From: an uncultured Hyphomicrobiales bacterium
GTDB taxonomy: Bacteria > Bacteroidota > Ignavibacteria > Kapaibacteriales > UBA2268
Assembly (NCBI GenBank): GCA_964544155.1
Contig: CAZJAH010000008.1
Location: 3,674 to 67,673 of the forward strand
Direction of reading: 5' to 3'
Length of the DNA: 64,000 nucleotides
Positions 28,736 through 36,613 of the stretch are shown in pieces (within the stretch, counting starts at the first letter, position 1; every line of letters starts with the position of its first letter). Position numbers and translations under genes: made by a program. Below the pieces are notes generated by a model that was given only the letters and a program-made list of their open reading frames with translations, was not told the DNA's origin and ran no database searches.

Positions 28736-30730
28736 TTAAAATTCCTGCAGGAAAATTACAGCATAGCCATATCTTTTAGTTCCTGCAAATATTAGCGTAT
28801 AGCCCTTTCCGAGCGGCAGCAGTATATCGTCAATGCGAATAAGAGATTCTTCTCTGCCTGCTTCAATGAATACAAAGCTGTGTTTATATTCTCTATGTAT
28901 CTTTTCCGGTATGGTGAATTCCTTATATTCTACATTATTTACCAGAATATCTTCACTATCGGCTAATTTGATAGCGATCGGCCCGCTTTCTGTTGATGCG
29001 TTCAAAAACCGCCTTATATAATAAGAATTTTGCAAATCGAAAGGCTTGTGGGAATTCGTGAAAATATCCGTCTCGCCTTTTTCACCGGTAATAACAACAA
29101 GCATCCTTTCTCCGCTTACAGCTTCAAATTGCAGTTCTTTGTCTTCGGTTGAAATTGTGTTAGTTCCTTCGGGAAGAATGGTAGCAATAGTTCCGGAAAA
29201 ATGCACTTTCGCGTTTTCTATCAGTACATCGCCTGAATTTTTTATTGTGAGTTCTTCAAAATCCTTATTGCTAACAACCTGGACAATTTGTGCTATTACA
29301 CCTGTTTCCAGTGGTTGATGAGAAGTAATGCCGGGGTCGTCCTCGATCAAGGTAAGCCTTTCATTGCCCTGCTGATCATAATTAATAACAAGCAGATAAT
29401 TTTTGTTGGGTTCAAGTACTCCTGTCGCAACATTAACCAGTCTCTGCGGCTGTGTATTGGCGAAAAGGGTAAGCGGCGCGTATCCCGATTTAATGATCGC
29501 AGGGGCGGAAACTTCTCCCGGCGAAATTTCACTTGTAATAACTATTCCTGAGGTATAATTGTTCCGGGCGGTATCGTTATTTCTTGCGCCCAGTGAAATC
29601 CTCCGTGAACCGGCCCCGTAAGCTCCGTGTACAACTCTGATGACGCAGGTCGAATCTGACGGTTTATACAATCGCAGTGGATTAACAACCACTATTCCGC
29701 CGGCTTTTTGCTCTTCAGTATCGAATATAAGAGTGTTATACTTTTCCAATACTTCCAGAGAAAAATCTAACGCGCCGGCTTTCCCGGTCATAAGTAATGT
29801 AGAAAGGGTGTCGAGGGCATCGGTTCCGCAGGCGCTAACTTCTGTATAGTTCTGTATCATGCCAGGGCCGAGTGCTTGAACCACTGTTTCATCAGGATTC
29901 TTTTTCAAAGTAACAGTTTCTGTTGAAAAATTAATTGTCCTTATCTCGGTAGTTCTTTCCTCTATTATCGGCGGCTCATAAACCGCTGCTTCCGAGTGTA
30001 TTTTTTCATCCAATAACATAACCTTTTCATCTGCCTGAGGCTCATTAATAATGATTATGGTGTATTGGCCGCGCCTGTCGAGCTGCTCAAGCTTGTAAAG
30101 GCCGATCGGCTCAGGGCCATCGTCGGTTTCACGTATTAAGCTGACCGGCAGGTCACCTGTTCTAACCGGAGTAAGCAGGGAATTATTTAAGTATTCCAGA
30201 TTACCCACCAGGACTTCTCCATTGGGGCATCCGAGCCTAAGCGTATATCTAATGGTTGTATCAGGATTAGCATTCAGAAGCCTGATATAAGCACTTGTGC
30301 TGTTATCGGGAATAGTCGAAGATGTAGATATTCTTATAAGTGAATCGGCATTCCCGCCGTCTTTGAGCCCGGCAGCGGGCATGGCAAAATATGTATAAGT
30401 CAGGTTGCGCGCGAACCTGTGCCTCTGCTGCGTACGAAGCTGCCCTTCGCCGTCTGAAGTTACTACCGACATAAATGCCGAATCCGCGGGAGGATTAATT
30501 ACCGGAGTAATTTGCCCGAATGATGATAGCTCTGTCTGTGCCTTAGCTTCAAAGTCAAGCTTTCTTGGCTTGCTGTCTTCAGCAAGATTCATAAACCTTA
30601 CAAGTACCGATTCCGCCTGTGGCGGCGGGTTTACCAGGCTGTCGCTTTCTTCAATGCATCCAGTGCCTAATACTAATAAAGGCGCTATAACCGTCCATAA
30701 CATGATATGGAATTTTATATTCGATTTCAT
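28736..30730 (-). CDS. repeat-containing lipoprotein (DUF4397-like VR..N/H beta-repeats), function unknown
   Basis: Lipobox LLVLGTGC, and at least six recurring segments of the type VLVRFMNLAEDS / YIRLLNANPDT / VIRVVHGAYGAG / IAIKLADSEDIL. Lies 72 nt upstream of the S8 protease on the same strand. Confidence 0.45.
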   Translation of the reverse strand: MKSNIKFHIMLWTVIAPLLVLGTGCIEESDSLVNPPPQAESVLVRFMNLAEDSKPRKLDFEAKAQTELSSFGQITPVINPPADSAFMSVVTSDGEGQLRTQQRHRFARNLTYTYFAMPAAGLKDGGNADSLIRISTSSTIPDNSTSAYIRLLNANPDTTIRYTLRLGCPNGEVLVGNLEYLNNSLLTPVRTGDLPVSLIRETDDGPEPIGLYKLEQLDRRGQYTIIIINEPQADEKVMLLDEKIHSEAAVYEPPIIEERTTEIRTINFSTETVTLKKNPDETVVQALGPGMIQNYTEVSACGTDALDTLSTLLMTGKAGALDFSLEVLEKYNTLIFDTEEQKAGGIVVVNPLRLYKPSDSTCVIRVVHGAYGAGSRRISLGARNNDTARNNYTSGIVITSEISPGEVSAPAIIKSGYAPLTLFANTQPQRLVNVATGVLEPNKNYLLVINYDQQGNERLTLIEDDPGITSHQPLETGVIAQIVQVVSNKDFEELTIKNSGDVLIENAKVHFSGTIATILPEGTNTISTEDKELQFEAVSGERMLVVITGEKGETDIFTNSHKPFDLQNSYYIRRFLNASTESGPIAIKLADSEDILVNNVEYKEFTIPEKIHREYKHSFVFIEAGREESLIRIDDILLPLGKGYTLIFAGTKRYGYAVIFLQEF

Positions 30731-30916
30731 ACTTCTTTTTTAATCCGAATTAATTATCTCTTTTAGAACTAATGGATTTCACCGTATAAAAGTTACTAAT
30801 TTAAATTATTTTTAAAGAAAAAAATACTAATTAATTATCTTTGTAAGTTTTTTCACTATAATAACGTGAATATTACAGGATAATAAATTTAGTTTAAAAT
30901 AAAGACAGATTCAATT

Positions 30917-32002
30917 ATGGAAGACAAAGTTAAGAGCATTCTTGAACGATATAATGAAATAAAAGAAAAGATGAACAATCCTGAGATAATGAGCGACTTA
31001 AAGCGCTCTACAGAGGTATCCAGGGAATTCAAGCAGCTTACTCCTATTGCAGATGCCGGCAGGGAATATCTGGAGATATGTGACCATCTGGCGCAAAACA
31101 AGGAATTGATCGATTCGAAGGAAACCGATCATGAGCTTAAAGACCTTGCATATGAGGAAAACGATGAGCTTGTTAAAAGGCAGGAACAGATGAAAGAAAA
31201 ACTGCGTTTGCTGCTTGTACCGAAAGATCCCAATGATCTTAAGAACTGTATCATGGAGATGCGAGCGGGTACCGGCGGCGATGAGGCAGGTATCTTTGTG
31301 GGCGACCTTTTAAAAATGTATGAAAGATTTGCCGAAAATAACAGGTATAAGATAGAGATCATAGATTTTAATGAAAGCGAACGGGGAGGATTTAAGGAAA
31401 TTATCTTTTCCATTGCCGGTGATGAAGTTTTCGGTACTATGAAGTTTGAAAGCGGAGTACACAGAGTGCAGCGGGTACCCGAAACAGAAGCCAGCGGCAG
31501 GGTTCACACTTCGGCAGCTACAGTAGCCGTACTACCCGAAGCAGAAGATATTGATATACAAATCAATGAAGAAGACCTCCGCATAGATATTTTTCGCGCG
31601 GGCGGCAAGGGCGGCCAGAACGTCAACAAGGTTGAAACCGCGGTACGGCTCGTACACAATCCTACCGGTTTAGTGGTATCGTGCCAGGATGAACGCTCAC
31701 AACTCAAAAACCGCGAAAAAGCCTTGAAAGTTTTGCGCTCCAGGCTATATGAATTGGAACTTAAAAAGCAGCAGGAGCAAATTTCATCATCCAGGAAATC
31801 TATGGTGAAAACGGGCGACCGCTCAGAAAAGATCCGTACATACAACTACCCGCAGAACAGGGTAACTGACCACAGGCTCGAAGGAGATGCAAAAAATTAT
31901 CCCCTTAAAGACGTCATGGAAGGAAACCTTATGCAGATTATTGAAAATCTAAAGCTTGCTGAAAGGACTGAAATGCTTAACGCCGGAATAGAACAAATTT
32001 GA
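30917..32002 (+). CDS. prfA: peptide chain release factor 1
   Basis: GGQ motif ([21 protein letters not shown]) and the RF1-type PxT tripeptide ([23 protein letters not shown]). 361 aa with no internal frameshift. Confidence 0.9.
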   Translation: MEDKVKSILERYNEIKEKMNNPEIMSDLKRSTEVSREFKQLTPIADAGREYLEICDHLAQNKELIDSKETDHELKDLAYEENDELVKRQEQMKEKLRLLLVPKDPNDLKNCIMEMRAGTGGDEAGIFVGDLLKMYERFAENNRYKIEIIDFNESERGGFKEIIFSIAGDEVFGTMKFESGVHRVQRVPETEASGRVHTSAATVAVLPEAEDIDIQINEEDLRIDIFRAGGKGGQNVNKVETAVRLVHNPTGLVVSCQDERSQLKNREKALKVLRSRLYELELKKQQEQISSSRKSMVKTGDRSEKIRTYNYPQNRVTDHRLEGDAKNYPLKDVMEGNLMQIIENLKLAERTEMLNAGIEQI

Positions 32003-32232
32003 GCCTTCCTATATTGTGTGATTCTAAGTAGCGCCCTTTTTATATATTATTATACGGTTGATTAGGCAAGGGTCTAACGTAAAAATAATTTCATAAAGTA
32101 ATTAGTTTTTTGGAAAAATTAATTTATTTTAAAATAAATTTGTATTTTAGCAGCCAAATATGCCTGTTATATACAAGCACGTTTGAATAATTACTTAATC
32201 AATCTTGTCCTATTCATTGTTGAGGTGATTTG

Positions 32233-32526
32233 ATGTCTAAATTTCTCAAAATGCTTTTTGTGGTGGTTCTTTGCACTGGTGTACTCACTTCATGCTATAC
32301 CTATACCACGGTTGTAGGTAAAGGCGCTCAGGGTAATGTAGAAGTTACCAAATGGAATCATTATGTAATATACGGTTTGGCGCCTGTCGGGGTTTCCGAT
32401 TCTGAAGAAATGGCCGGAGGAGCTGAGGATTATACTGTTGTTACAAGGCACAGCTTTGTTAATGGGCTAATTGCCGGAATTACTTTTGGTATTTATACAC
32501 CAACTACTACTACAGTAAAAAGATAA
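32233..32526 (+). CDS. Bor/Iss-family small lipoprotein
   Basis: Lipobox GVLTSC and C-terminal FVNGLIAGITFGIYTP, colinear with lambda Bor (FVNGLLGFITLGIYTP). GAGGTGA RBS 4 nt upstream of the ATG; the track ORF begins one codon earlier at a TTG. Confidence 0.7.
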   Translation: MSKFLKMLFVVVLCTGVLTSCYTYTTVVGKGAQGNVEVTKWNHYVIYGLAPVGVSDSEEMAGGAEDYTVVTRHSFVNGLIAGITFGIYTPTTTTVKR

Positions 32527-32536
32527 TTAATATTCC

Positions 32537-32574
32537 GGGGGGCTTAAAAGAAGTCCCCCCTGTATATTTTTTAT
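32537..32574 (+). terminator. rho-independent terminator (gggggg..cccccc + T-run)
   Basis: 6-bp G:C stem with a 12-nt loop, then tgtaTATTTTTTATT. Confidence 0.65.
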
Positions 32575-32586
32575 TACAGGTGATTT

Positions 32587-32787
32587 ATGAAAAAGTTCTT
32601 TTTAATAATTTTCGCGCTAGCGGCGCTTGTTTTGTTTTTCAATATTCTGAAAATAGTGGTATTTGATATCAACAGGCTGACCGGTTACGGCTATGGTTAT
32701 CTGACCGGCCTTGTCATTCTATTCTTATTACTCACAGGATCGGCGATTTATCTTGGCATCAGGATATACAAAAAAAGAGAAAAATGA
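32587..32787 (+). CDS. small two-TM membrane protein (66 aa), hypothetical
   Basis: Two hydrophobic helices, a K/R-rich C-terminus, and an AGGTGA RBS with context almost identical to the Bor-like gene. Confidence 0.4.
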   Translation: MKKFFLIIFALAALVLFFNILKIVVFDINRLTGYGYGYLTGLVILFLLLTGSAIYLGIRIYKKREK

Positions 32788-32891
32788 AAGAAAGCAATCA
32801 GGAATTATTTCCACTTTAATTCTCAAACATCTTCCCTTCAATCCGATTATTATAATACATGGCATTTTATTTGATTTCCGGATATAAATGT

Positions 32892-32907
32892 GTGCCGCTT
32901 TGGCACG
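32892..32907 (+). promoter_or_regulatory. candidate sigma-54 (-24/-12) promoter TGGCACggcgcTTGCT
   Basis: Exact match to TGGCAC-N5-TTGCW, about 55 nt upstream of the ATG of the 32962..34371 gene. This is the only full-consensus instance found on either strand of the window. Confidence 0.5.
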
Positions 32908-32961
32908 GCGCTTGCTTGTAACTAAGTGGATATTTATTTATAAATACTTAATTAGGCGGTT

Positions 32962-34371
32962 ATGCGCTATTATTTCATATTTGTAATGGCTCTTATACTG
33001 GCGGTAACGCGGCTTTCCGGGCAGACATTAAGATTCGACAGGACTGATGTCGATATGGCCCGTTCAGGCTTTGTTACAGCTACATACCTCTTTGGGGTGG
33101 ATGTTATTGCCGAAGCTGTCGAAAATTGTAATTCGGTGAGTTTCCGTTTAGTGCATGACCAGACCGATTATGTTAAATTTTCCGGCTATTCAGAAACATA
33201 TTTCACTAAAACCGGCGGAGCTGTATCAATCATTCATAAAACAGACCCTTCTACGGGCAGTGCGATGATAGAAATCGGAGCGCTATCCGGGACTACACCC
33301 GGCGATACTGTCTTTGACGAACCGGCGGTAATTCATTTGGAATTCGCGGTAACGCAGTCAGCGCCGCATTTATCTGAGCTGACATTCGAATTTCTGAATC
33401 CCCAGGCGACAGTATTTAGTGATACTACGGGCGAAATAATTGAGCTGGATACAGAGTCCATAAGCTACAACATACACAGCTTTATAGATGCATGGCCGGG
33501 TGATGCCAATAATGACGGTGTCGTGGATACAAGGGATATATCAACAATAGGCCTTTATCTGGGCATTGGTCCGAAGACAAAATCCATGAGGAGCTTTCGC
33601 AGGCATAATCCAAGTGCTATATGGGCGCCTCAGCCGGTACTGGCATGGGATAGCGCTATGGTCAGCTATGCTGATTGCGACGGCAACGGTGAAATTACAG
33701 TAACTGACATTCTGATTGTTAATCTTAACCACGACAGTACACACGCAGCCGCTAAAGAAGTAAAAGGAAATGCTGAGATCCAATCAGATTGCGAGTATTT
33801 AAATAAAAAATTCGACCCGGAATACGCGCGAATACCCTGTAAAATAAGCACACATGAGAAATATAACGCCATAGCCGGTTCAATTCCGATATTTGATGAT
33901 CTAGGTAATGAAATTGCGGGTATTGAAAAAAATTCCGACGCGGGATATGTGTTTCAAAAAATTGAAAACGGCAGGCTATATTTCTCGATCGGCAGGATAG
34001 GAAATAAAGGATATATTGACAGCGAAGAACCTTTTAATTATGTTGTTAAGCTTGCTGATCCGGCCAGCTTCAATCCTGAAGCGGAATTAAAGGCAATTAA
34101 CTCATACGGGGTTATATTTACTCCAGATAAAGCAACTTCCGTGGAAGAGAATGTTAACACCGGCCTGATCACACATGCCGGTGATTTCCTGGAAATACCG
34201 CCTGTAAAGAAAAGCTGCTTCCTTTATATTTTCAGCCTTCATGGAGGGCTTGCACAAAAAACCCGTCTCGTTCCCGGCAGTACTTCAGTATATGTCGGCG
34301 GGCTTGCCCGCGGAACCTACTTAGTAAAAATTGAAGGCAGCGCTGCTCCCGCGTTTATCTTTACAAGGTAG
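32962..34371 (+). CDS. secreted protein with dockerin-like Ca-binding repeats and T9SS-like C-terminal domain
   Basis: Signal peptide. DANNDGVVDTRDISTIGLYL and DCDGNGEITVTDILIV resemble dockerin type I half-repeats. The C-terminal GTYLVKIEGSAAPAFIFTR resembles a Por tail. Confidence 0.55.
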   Translation: MRYYFIFVMALILAVTRLSGQTLRFDRTDVDMARSGFVTATYLFGVDVIAEAVENCNSVSFRLVHDQTDYVKFSGYSETYFTKTGGAVSIIHKTDPSTGSAMIEIGALSGTTPGDTVFDEPAVIHLEFAVTQSAPHLSELTFEFLNPQATVFSDTTGEIIELDTESISYNIHSFIDAWPGDANNDGVVDTRDISTIGLYLGIGPKTKSMRSFRRHNPSAIWAPQPVLAWDSAMVSYADCDGNGEITVTDILIVNLNHDSTHAAAKEVKGNAEIQSDCEYLNKKFDPEYARIPCKISTHEKYNAIAGSIPIFDDLGNEIAGIEKNSDAGYVFQKIENGRLYFSIGRIGNKGYIDSEEPFNYVVKLADPASFNPEAELKAINSYGVIFTPDKATSVEENVNTGLITHAGDFLEIPPVKKSCFLYIFSLHGGLAQKTRLVPGSTSVYVGGLARGTYLVKIEGSAAPAFIFTR

Positions 34372-34674
34372 CATAGGTAAATTAATCAACTACTCTTGAT
34401 CTGTGATGCAGCCAGGTTGGGCACTGAAGATACAATAATATTGAACCGGGATTTAATAACAGCAAATGATATATAATATGACAATTCATGCAGAAATGTC
34501 ATTCCTATTATCTCTGCCGCGTTTTGGGCTAAAGTGCCTCGCAGAACCAATACCGGACGATCGGGAGCGAACGCAAATAGCAGTCCTTTCCACAAACATT
34601 CTTTAGATTCTTCATTCCGCTCAGAATGATTTTTCTGCTACCAACAGTGGTTTACAGCCATCCCCTGCCCCCGG

Positions 34675-35274
34675 CTAAAGTTTAATCCTGCCTTCGGCTA
34701 TGCTTTGCAGCACTTGCGAATATATTTCATGTTCGGTTTTAAGTACCCTTTCAGCGAGCATTTGCGGGGTATCTCCGGGCAGGACAGCTACTTTCTCTTG
34801 CGCGAGTATCCGGCCTTTATCATATTCATTATTTACAAGGTGTACTGTTACCCCGGTTTCCTTTTCTCCGGCGGCGAGCACTGCTTCATGTACTTTAATG
34901 CCATACATTCCCTTACCGCCGAATTTTGGGAGCATCGCGGGATGAATGTTCAGTACCTTATTTTTGAATGCTTCAAGAGCAGTATTGCCCAGTTTTCTCA
35001 TATATCCTGCGAGAATAACCAAATCGCTTTCGTGTTCTTTTAATGCTTCGATAATAGCCTCATCGTGCGATTTTTCATCCGGATAGCTTACCCTGCTGAT
35101 ATGATACCAGGGTATCCCTTCCTGTCTTGCCCTTTCGAGCGCCATTGAATGCGAATTATTCGATATAACTACAGCCGGAACAGCATCCAGCCTGTTTGAT
35201 TTGCAATTGTCAATTATCGCCTGCATATTGCTGCCGCCATGCGAAGCCAAAAACCCCAGCCTTAATTTTCCCAT
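34675..35274 (-). CDS. purN: phosphoribosylglycinamide formyltransferase
   Basis: LGFLASHGGSNMQAI, the HPAMLPKFGG (HPSLLP-type) box, and the VTVHLVNNEYDKGRILAQ catalytic Asp region. Confidence 0.9.
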   Translation of the reverse strand: MGKLRLGFLASHGGSNMQAIIDNCKSNRLDAVPAVVISNNSHSMALERARQEGIPWYHISRVSYPDEKSHDEAIIEALKEHESDLVILAGYMRKLGNTALEAFKNKVLNIHPAMLPKFGGKGMYGIKVHEAVLAAGEKETGVTVHLVNNEYDKGRILAQEKVAVLPGDTPQMLAERVLKTEHEIYSQVLQSIAEGRIKL

Positions 35275-35934
35275 TTAATCAAGTTCCGATATATTTCCAT
35301 AACCTCTGATTTCAAAATCTGTTGAATCCGGGCCGCCGCTGTACATAATATTTCCGTTTCCATATATATACGCCCTTAGAATATCTGACGCGTTTGCGAA
35401 AATATTTCCGTATCCGCTAACGAGCGCGAAGGTACTTACCGTGGAGTAATCCCTTAGATTTATATTTCCAAAACCATTTATTACCGCGTAACTAGAATCC
35501 GCGCTGCCGCTCATAATTATATTCCCCGGCCCGTCAATAATGAATTCTGTAATATCATAATTAATATCGCCTTCGGATTGGATATTCCCTGAAGCTGCCA
35601 TCCGGACGTACCTCAGGTTGGGTGCGCTGATGAATATCTTCATATCATCAGGACAAAGCGGTTTTGCGGTATTTGAGCCAATGAAGAGCGAATCCCCTTC
35701 CAGCTCTGTACCAATAAATTCAAACAGATTCTTTTCGGTTTCCACTCGAATCGAATGATCGCCTTCTGAAATAATAAGGTTTGAGGGTATTTCTACCCTC
35801 AGCTTTTCAAATCCGCTTACATCTATGATCTTTTCGCCTCTCTCGCCGTAACCGTTAAGACAGCGCCCCGGTGAAGGCCCCTGCGATTCACATCCCGCGA
35901 TTATGAGGGTCAAAATTATTATTAAGCTTTTCAT
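35275..35934 (-). CDS. DUF2807 / GIN-domain (putative auto-transporter adhesin head) lipoprotein
   Basis: Lipobox IIAGC and a repeated G(S/N/Y)GNI motif (ASGNIQSEGDI, GPGNIIMSGSA, GFGNINL, GYGNIFA, GNGNIMYSGGP). No gap to purN. Confidence 0.65.
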   Translation of the reverse strand: MKSLIIILTLIIAGCESQGPSPGRCLNGYGERGEKIIDVSGFEKLRVEIPSNLIISEGDHSIRVETEKNLFEFIGTELEGDSLFIGSNTAKPLCPDDMKIFISAPNLRYVRMAASGNIQSEGDINYDITEFIIDGPGNIIMSGSADSSYAVINGFGNINLRDYSTVSTFALVSGYGNIFANASDILRAYIYGNGNIMYSGGPDSTDFEIRGYGNISELD

Positions 35935-36115
35935 ATTATTTTTATATAAATATCATTAAGATATTAAACGCAGCTAATTTTATTATAATTTATGTTTTTT
36001 TCCTATTATTTAAAAAATTACAAAAGCTGCTGAATACAATATTATCATATAAACAGTGTTTTTAAAAGTTCATTACAAAAAACAGCGAATTCTTGAATAA
36101 AAAACGGATCAATTA

Positions 36116-36610
36116 ATGAAAATTCTTTATCTTCATGGCCTGGACGGCGCTCCCCGCGAGGATAAAAACGAAATACTCCTGCGTGGCGGCAATTCACTCA
36201 TTGCACCCACACTCGATTACAGAGCTTTTGAAGGCGATATTTCACTATTCGAAGATATTGATTCACTCATAAAAAAAGAAAAAGCCCGGCTCATTGTTGG
36301 AAGTTCATTCGGCGGTTACATGGGATTTTACCTGGCTGATAATAACCGAATACCCGCGATACTCTTTAATCCCGCGCTGCACAGCCGCAGCGTGAATGTG
36401 CCGGTAGTTGAATCCTGCACCGATACCATGAAGTATTTTATTCTGGGTAAATACGACGAAATCATCAAACCGGCTAAAACAAAAGAATGGCTCAGAGAAG
36501 GATATTACAATAATTACAGCATTACTGAACTTGATTTCGGCCATTCGGTGCCCCTTGAAATTTTCGCAGAAGCAGAAAAGATTATTAACGAAATAAGAAT
36601 TAAAAGATAA
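36116..36610 (+). CDS. YqiA/UPF0227-like alpha/beta-hydrolase (esterase)
   Basis: MKILYLHGLDG and the nucleophile-elbow GSSFGG, at 164 aa. 3 nt upstream of polA. Confidence 0.6.
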   Translation: MKILYLHGLDGAPREDKNEILLRGGNSLIAPTLDYRAFEGDISLFEDIDSLIKKEKARLIVGSSFGGYMGFYLADNNRIPAILFNPALHSRSVNVPVVESCTDTMKYFILGKYDEIIKPAKTKEWLREGYYNNYSITELDFGHSVPLEIFAEAEKIINEIRIKR

Positions 36611-36613
36611 TTT

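Noticed and set aside
30917-32002. Possible programmed +1 frameshift (as in RF2/prfB)
   Set aside because: The protein carries the RF1-specific PxT (PET) motif and is a single uninterrupted 361-aa frame, so it is prfA. No frameshift site is present.
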